A stretch of DNA of 64,000 bases from Oligoflexia bacterium (lineage in GTDB: Bacteria > Bdellovibrionota > Bdellovibrionia > JABDDW01): the NCBI GenBank assembly GCA_043732305.1, contig JAYTHU010000170.1, positions 6,374-70,373 of the forward strand, read 5' to 3'. This document shows positions 58,743 to 64,000 of this stretch, in pieces (position 1 is the stretch's first letter; every line of letters starts with the position of its first letter). The notes under the pieces were generated by a model. That model worked only from the letters and a program-made list of their open reading frames with translations, searched no databases and had not been told where the DNA came from. The position numbers and the translations under genes are program-made.

Positions 58743-58989
58743 GCCCCATCTGGAGTGAGTTTTGATTGTCTGTTGGATGCTATCTCAGATGTGAAAAATC
58801 AGCGCTGCATTCATTGGTGATGTAAACCCCTCAAAGGTAAGACCCGCAAGCGTTTCAGGCTGGTTAATACTATTTCAATATGCGCTGCGCCACTCGCCGA
58901 TATGCTGCTTTAGCATTAGTTGACAACCTTTCAAAAAGACTCCAATAATGTCTCGTGACAACCGGGTTTTTACAAAAGGAATTAAATTT

Positions 58990-59775
58990 ATGAACATTTT
59001 TGTTTGCATCAAACAGGTGCCGGATTCAGAGACAAAGATCCAGATCAAGAGCGATGGATCTGCAATTGAGTCTAATGGCGTCAAATGGGTGATGAATCCT
59101 TATGATGAATTTGCAGTCGAGGAATCTTTAAAACTTCGGGATAAATTAGCCGATGGCTCCCAAGTTACAATTCTCACACTCGGACCCAAACCTCGGTCCA
59201 TTGATGTTCTGCGAACTGCGTTAGCCATGAGTGCAGACAATGCGGTTTTGATTGAAGCGCCTGAAAATCTTGATTCATTTAGTGTCGCAAAGGCTATTGC
59301 CGCAGTTATCAAAAATGAAACCGATGTAGGTGTGATCTTTACTGGAAAACAAGCCATCGACGACGACTGCGCTCAAACAAGCCAGCTCATTGCTGAATTT
59401 TTGGGATGGCCGCATGCCACGGTTGTTATTAAATTTGAAATGGACGCGGAGAAAACTCATTTCATCGTCAACAAAGAGGCCGAAGGCGGATCTGTTGAAA
59501 CTTTGCAGCTAACTAAGCCTGCGGTGATAGCAGCGCAAAAAGGTTTAAATACCCCTAGATATGCAAGCCTCCCCGGAATTATGAAGGCCAAGAAAAAAGA
59601 GATTCGAGAGATTGCTTACAGTTCCTTAGGGGTGAGCGATTCTGATTTGAAAATTTCTCAGAAAAACTTCCAACTTCCTCCGGGAAGACCTCAGGGAAGA
59701 TTTATCGATGGCGATGCCGCCACTCAAGTCACAAACTTGGTAAAACTTTTAAGAGAAGAAGCAAAGGTAATTTGA
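58990..59775 (+). CDS. etfB: Electron transfer flavoprotein beta subunit
   Basis: MNIFVCIKQVPDSETKIQI...VKWVMNPYDEFAVEESLKLRD. Confidence 0.85.
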   Translation: MNIFVCIKQVPDSETKIQIKSDGSAIESNGVKWVMNPYDEFAVEESLKLRDKLADGSQVTILTLGPKPRSIDVLRTALAMSADNAVLIEAPENLDSFSVAKAIAAVIKNETDVGVIFTGKQAIDDDCAQTSQLIAEFLGWPHATVVIKFEMDAEKTHFIVNKEAEGGSVETLQLTKPAVIAAQKGLNTPRYASLPGIMKAKKKEIREIAYSSLGVSDSDLKISQKNFQLPPGRPQGRFIDGDAATQVTNLVKLLREEAKVI

Positions 59776-60740
59776 TGTCGCAAATATTAGTTTTCCTTGA
59801 ACATAAAAACGGAGAGATAAAAAAAACCTCTCTCGAACTTTTAACCGCCGCCAAAAAATCTGGAGCGCCTTTTGACGCCATGGCTTTTGGAGCAGGATCA
59901 AAAATACTGGCTGCAGTCGCTGGCGGCTTGGGAGCACAAACTTTATTTGCTTCTGAAAATGAGATTTTTAAAAATTATAATTCGGAAGCTTTTGCCGAAG
60001 CTGTGAGCCAAATCATTAAAGAAATAAAACCTGAAGTTCTTTTGGCAACAGCTAGCCAGGTAAACAAAGATTTATTCCCACGAGTTGGTGGAAAAACTGG
60101 AAATGGCGTCGCTACCGATTGCACGAGCCTCACTTTGAGCGGAACAAATCTTTCTGTGCGTAGACCAGTATTTTCCGGCAAAGCATCAGTCGAAGTTGAA
60201 TTTAAGAACTCCCCAACAAAAATTGCGTTGATGCGTCCTAATGTTTTGGAAATAGAACAGCCCGCAAGTGGAAAATCTGCAACTGTAGTTGAAGTAGCTC
60301 TTGCACCAATGGACCTTAAGACGATCGTTAAAAGTATTGTTCAAGGTGCAGGATCAAAACTCGATTTGACCGAAGCTAACGTGATTGTTTCTGGTGGACG
60401 TGGAATGAAGGGTCCTGAGAATTTCAAAATGCTGGAAGAACTCGCCGCCGTACTAGGCGGAACAGTTGGTGCTTCACGTGCCGTAGTCGACGCCGGATGG
60501 GTCGCCCATGATATGCAAGTAGGACAAACCGGAAAAACAGTTTCGCCCTCATTGTACATTGCATGCGGAATCAGCGGCGCCATCCAACATTTGGCCGGGA
60601 TGAGTTCTAGTAAGGTTATCGTGGCGATCAACAAAGACAAAGAAGCTCCCATATTTCAGAGAGCAACCTACGGAATTGTGGGCGATGCTCTCGAGATCGT
60701 TCCTTTGCTCACCGCCGAGTTTAAAAAACTTCTGCAGTGA
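59772..60740 (+). CDS. etfA: Electron transfer flavoprotein alpha subunit
   Basis: VSGGRGMKGPENFKMLEELA...GASRAVVDAGW...GQTGKTVSPSLYIACGISGAIQHLAGM (FAD-binding C-domain). Confidence 0.85.
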   Translation: MMSQILVFLEHKNGEIKKTSLELLTAAKKSGAPFDAMAFGAGSKILAAVAGGLGAQTLFASENEIFKNYNSEAFAEAVSQIIKEIKPEVLLATASQVNKDLFPRVGGKTGNGVATDCTSLTLSGTNLSVRRPVFSGKASVEVEFKNSPTKIALMRPNVLEIEQPASGKSATVVEVALAPMDLKTIVKSIVQGAGSKLDLTEANVIVSGGRGMKGPENFKMLEELAAVLGGTVGASRAVVDAGWVAHDMQVGQTGKTVSPSLYIACGISGAIQHLAGMSSSKVIVAINKDKEAPIFQRATYGIVGDALEIVPLLTAEFKKLLQ

Positions 60741-62095
60741 GAAATTTCATTCTTGCTCCTCTGATTGCAGTAGTTTATTGGCTGTGGTCTCGCACATGGA
60801 GATTAAAAATTCACGAAGAAACAGAATTCAAAGCTGCACTCAGAAACGGCCCGGTGATTTTTGCTCACTGGCATGGTGATGAGCTCGTGGTTTTAAGAAT
60901 CGGCAGGCATTATCATTCTGCAGCGATGACTAGCACTTCTAAGGATGGCGAGTTAATGACGAGAGTACTGAAAATTTTTGGATTTGGAATCTCACGAGGA
61001 TCCAGTACCAGAGGTGGAGTGAGAGCGCTCGTGGGAATGGTTCATCTAATGAAACAGGGCTTCAATGCCACTGTTGCTGTTGATGGTCCGAAAGGGCCAA
61101 TATACAAAGTGAAACCCGGGATCCTAGCGCTAGCAAAACATGGAGCATCTCCCATTGTTCCTACTGGCGTTGGGAAAAAATCTGCGCTCGTCTTCGAAAA
61201 ATCCTGGAATAAAACTTATCTTCCTTGGCCATTTTCTAAAGTAGTGGTGAGCTTTGGTCGACCCTTCATGTATGATGAGAAAATAGAAGAAAAGGAACAA
61301 ATCGAAATGTTAGAATTGAAACTATTAAAACAAAAAGCTCACGCTCAATCTTTACTCACAATTGCTTTAGTGACACTTACTCTTCTCACTTCTGGTTGCG
61401 TCACGAGCTCGCCAAATAATGAAAGTAATAGTACCGGCGGGATGGAAGACACGCTCACTCGGTCAATTCATAAATTTATGAAGCCTCGAGCCACTGAAAT
61501 TTCTGGTACAGAGCCAGCAGTTCTTCAATATGTACTTCCCGGCGGACTCGCTCAGAAATATGGTTTTAAAGTAGGCGATAAAATCACCAAAATTAACGGT
61601 AAGGAGATCAGCACTTCTTCTGAATTTCAGAAAAAGATGAGAGCTCCCTCTTCTCCAACAATGCAAATTGAGTACAAAAATAAAAATGGAACATTGAATG
61701 TTCGAAACATTCAGTTTGCCACTGACACCGTCAAATTTGGAGCTAGCACTGAACCCCAAAATGTAGAGTTGGTAAGAAATTCTTCCTCCGTAGCGTTTGT
61801 GAACCACGGCCCGTTCACAATCTATGGATCCGTTTCCATCAATAAGGAAGGATCCACTATTTTCCTAAATTTGATTTTAGATAGTGAGGTACGAATGGCG
61901 CGCACCCAGGTAAATTTCAAAGTCATCAATAGTGAAAATAAAAAGGTATTAGGAACGAACGAAGAAACCCTTGACGCGTTGGGCTTAAGTCCAACTTTAG
62001 TTTCACGATCTTTCAATATCAGTGATGTTCCTTCGAGCGTCACAGTTTCATTAGCACTTGAAAAACAACACTTTACGTTTGAGTTTAAAAATTGA
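60737..62095 (+). CDS. Fusion ORF with an N-terminal acyltransferase-like domain (DUF374/LPLAT-type motifs), a TM/lipoprotein-signal segment and a C-terminal PDZ-containing periplasmic part
   Basis: N-terminal 190 aa has AHWHGDEL, ISRGSSTRGG and ASPIVPTGV, which resemble PlsC-like acyltransferase motifs I, III and IV. An internal Met (nt 61307, after AAGGA) begins MLELKLLKQKAHAQSLLTIALVTLTLLTSGC (lipobox). Downstream LPGGLAQKYGFKVGDKITKINGKEIS is PDZ-like. There is no stop between the parts. Confidence 0.55.
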   Translation: MRNFILAPLIAVVYWLWSRTWRLKIHEETEFKAALRNGPVIFAHWHGDELVVLRIGRHYHSAAMTSTSKDGELMTRVLKIFGFGISRGSSTRGGVRALVGMVHLMKQGFNATVAVDGPKGPIYKVKPGILALAKHGASPIVPTGVGKKSALVFEKSWNKTYLPWPFSKVVVSFGRPFMYDEKIEEKEQIEMLELKLLKQKAHAQSLLTIALVTLTLLTSGCVTSSPNNESNSTGGMEDTLTRSIHKFMKPRATEISGTEPAVLQYVLPGGLAQKYGFKVGDKITKINGKEISTSSEFQKKMRAPSSPTMQIEYKNKNGTLNVRNIQFATDTVKFGASTEPQNVELVRNSSSVAFVNHGPFTIYGSVSINKEGSTIFLNLILDSEVRMARTQVNFKVINSENKKVLGTNEETLDALGLSPTLVSRSFNISDVPSSVTVSLALEKQHFTFEFKN

Positions 62096-62139
62096 GCATG
62101 CTAGCGTCATAACGTAGATAATCATCACCTGGGGGCTTC

Positions 62140-62961
62140 ATGAAAGCATCGCATCGTCTGTTTATTGGTTCACTTTTATTCTTGGGCTCAATTGCCGTCG
62201 CGGCAACTGAATCACCGGTTGTAGCTACGATCAACGGACGCGCCATCCGCCTCAATGAATTCAACCAAAGATTTGATGATGCGAGCAAGTTAGTAAATCC
62301 TCCTGCTAATCGCAAAGTTTTCTTGGAAGATCTCGTCCGATACGAAGTGGGCGTTCAAGAAGCTGAAAAAAGAAAAATTGAAAACGATCCCGTCGTTAAA
62401 GAGAGAATCAGACAACAGCTTTATGTAGGTCTGATTGAAAAAGAATTGGGCGATAAGATCAATAATCTCCCAGTTTCTGAGGCTGAGATGGAATCCTATT
62501 ACAAAAACTCTCCTGAACTTAAAAGCAGCCACATTTTGATCGAAGTGAAACCTAATGCGACTGAAGCCGAAAGAGGAGCGGGTAAAAAGCGCGCTGAAGA
62601 AATTCTTAAAGAAGTTCGCGCCAGCAAAAAATCTTTTGAAGAACTCGCCAACCTCTACACGGATGATATCGTCACTAAAAAACGTGGTGGCGATGTGGGT
62701 TATCAAAATCGTCTCACCGTAGTCGCTCCCTATTTCGACGCTCTTATGAAGTTAAAAACAGGCGAAATTTCCGGGCTCATTGATACAAAATTTGGTTTCC
62801 ATATTGCCAAACTCACGGGCCGTCATACCTATGAAGAAGCCGACAAAGCTGTACTCAAAAATGCTGTTTTTGAGAAAAAACGTCTGGCCATGTTCAATGA
62901 TTATTTCGACAAGCTTAAGAAGAAATATAAAATCACTTTGAATCCGGAAATTGTTAAATAA
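62140..62961 (+). CDS. Periplasmic parvulin-type peptidyl-prolyl isomerase (SurA/PpiC-like)
   Basis: Signal peptide. Parvulin core SSHILIEVK...GGDVGYQNRLTVVAPYFDALMKLKTGEISGLIDTKFGFHIAKL. Confidence 0.75.
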   Translation: MKASHRLFIGSLLFLGSIAVAATESPVVATINGRAIRLNEFNQRFDDASKLVNPPANRKVFLEDLVRYEVGVQEAEKRKIENDPVVKERIRQQLYVGLIEKELGDKINNLPVSEAEMESYYKNSPELKSSHILIEVKPNATEAERGAGKKRAEEILKEVRASKKSFEELANLYTDDIVTKKRGGDVGYQNRLTVVAPYFDALMKLKTGEISGLIDTKFGFHIAKLTGRHTYEEADKAVLKNAVFEKKRLAMFNDYFDKLKKKYKITLNPEIVK

Positions 62962-63949
62962 AAATTTCTATCTTATTTTATCGATTCCAATTTGTTTGCT
63001 TTCGCTAAGCCTGAACACTGGCTGCACAAAGTTACAGGATAAAACTGCTGCGAGCAAAACAGTCTTGAAACTGAATAACCAGTCCATGGACACTATCGGA
63101 TTTTCCAAACAGCTGGCGGAAAAGATGAAAGTCTATGATGCTGCCGCTGCCAAAGCGCCAATCAATCTTGCCCGAGCAAAAAAAGAAATTATCAATGAGT
63201 TTATCGTTTCCGCTCTGGTCACTGAATATGCCGCAAAAAATGGCATCAGCGTTTCAGAACTTGAACTTGAGACTGAGTTTAATAAATTACGAAAAGGCTA
63301 CGCCTCAGATATTGATTTTAAAGAGTCATTGGCTCAGTCAGGTCTTCTGATTGAGGAATGGAAAGCTAAGCTAAAGGTTTCGCTTTTACAGAAAAAAGTA
63401 ATCGATGATATTTCCAAATCTGTAAATCTATCCAAGCAGATTCAGAACAACGACGTGAAAAATTATTACGAATCTCATCTGCGAGAATTTCAGCGACCTG
63501 CTGAAATACGAATTTCGCAGATTGTTGTCCAGCACATGGATGAAGCGGATGAACTAAAAAAGCGAATTAAATCTGGCAGTTTTCGGTTTGAGGAAGCAGC
63601 AAAGAAATTCAGTCTCTCTCCAGATGGAAAAAAAGGTGGGGACATAGGATTTTTAGCAAAAGGGGTTGTTCCCGCGTTTGATATCGCATTTACATTTCCT
63701 GTAGGACAGTTGAGCTCAGTTATCAAAAGCAGCTACGGGTACCATTTGATGAAAGTGACAGAAAAGCGCGCAGCGTCAAAACAGTCTTTAGAACAGGCGC
63801 GTCCCAGTATTTTAAAACTTGTCATGGAGCAGAAAAAAGAAGAATCTTTCAGACAATGGTTTGACCAACAAATCAAGCTCGCTAAATTGGAAGAAGACAC
63901 GCCGCTTATTGATGCTTTGAAAGTCTACACGCAAGGAAATTTGGAATGA
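62951..63949 (+). CDS. Lipoprotein parvulin-type peptidyl-prolyl isomerase (PrsA/SurA-like)
   Basis: Lipobox LNTGC. Chaperone-like N-domain. Parvulin core RISQIVVQH...GGDIGFLAKGVVPAFDIAFTFPVGQLSSVIKSSYGYHLMKV. Confidence 0.75.
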   Translation: MLNKNFYLILSIPICLLSLSLNTGCTKLQDKTAASKTVLKLNNQSMDTIGFSKQLAEKMKVYDAAAAKAPINLARAKKEIINEFIVSALVTEYAAKNGISVSELELETEFNKLRKGYASDIDFKESLAQSGLLIEEWKAKLKVSLLQKKVIDDISKSVNLSKQIQNNDVKNYYESHLREFQRPAEIRISQIVVQHMDEADELKKRIKSGSFRFEEAAKKFSLSPDGKKGGDIGFLAKGVVPAFDIAFTFPVGQLSSVIKSSYGYHLMKVTEKRAASKQSLEQARPSILKLVMEQKKEESFRQWFDQQIKLAKLEEDTPLIDALKVYTQGNLE

Positions 63950-64000
63950 AGTTCATATTCTCTTTATGCCTCCTAGTTGGAACTCACGCCCACGCGGAGA
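63945..64000 (+). CDS. 5' end of a further ORF (signal-peptide-like), truncated by the window edge
   Basis: ATG at 63945 gives MKFIFSLCLLVGTHAHAE... and overlaps the previous stop by 5 nt. Confidence 0.3.

Noticed and set aside
58875-59084. 69 aa minus-strand ORF and 58569..58820 plus-strand ORF in the etfB upstream region
   Set aside because: They overlap the etfB 5' region and the small convergent ORF. No motifs. Likely non-coding promoter region (a TTGACA-like hexamer at about 58919 precedes etfB).

Overview
The window looks like a chromosomal segment from a low-GC (about 40-45%, by eye) Gram-negative bacterium. Gene content suggests a predatory Bdellovibrio-like organism, but that is inferred from content only. 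Coding is dense on both strands and most of it is recognisable housekeeping: (1) a ribosome-biogenesis operon on the minus strand (rng-rplU-rpmA-obg-nadD/rsfS-rlmH-gpmI); (2) pilT; (3) a nucleoside-catabolism cluster deoC-deoA-punA-cdd followed by a secreted S8 protease; (4) asnS; (5) a propionate-pathway cluster (carboxyltransferase, biotin carboxylase, separate BCCP, and the N-terminal domain of methylmalonyl-CoA mutase); (6) tatA/B-tatC; (7) an M16 zinc protease; (8) hemW-grpE-dnaJ followed by a coupled TPR/periplasmic-binding-protein lipoprotein (LpoA-like architecture); (9) two convergent DksA/TraR paralogs; (10) lon; (11) an arsenal of secreted hydrolases (patatin, C1 peptidase, lytic transglycosylase, large secreted proteins); (12) transaldolase and a dapF-dapA-dapB-aminotransferase lysine operon; (13) ftsK, fis, a BI-1/YccA-like membrane protein, and rpsF-membrane protein-rplI-dnaB; (14) an FHA protein plus hydrolase, etfBA, and two parvulin PPIases. 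I found no rRNA, tRNA, CRISPR array, transposase or integrase. I recognised no canonical defense island or phage module. The most unusual items are architectural. They are Lys/Ala-rich histone-like tails on NadD (N-terminal) and L21 (C-terminal), an in-frame NadD-RsfS fusion, an acyltransferase-like (DUF374/LPLAT-type motifs)-TM-PDZ fusion ORF with an internal lipoprotein-type start, and a probable frameshifted gene at 52.5-53.1 kb. Further unusual items are grpE-dnaJ without an intervening dnaK, dnaJ coupled to an LpoA-like gene, and several unrecognised secreted or HTH proteins. ORF-track start codons include GTG/TTG. Where I moved a start inward, the coordinate was derived by codon offset from the ORF track and may be off by 1 nt. 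All family assignments are from reading the translated sequence by eye, not from database searches.
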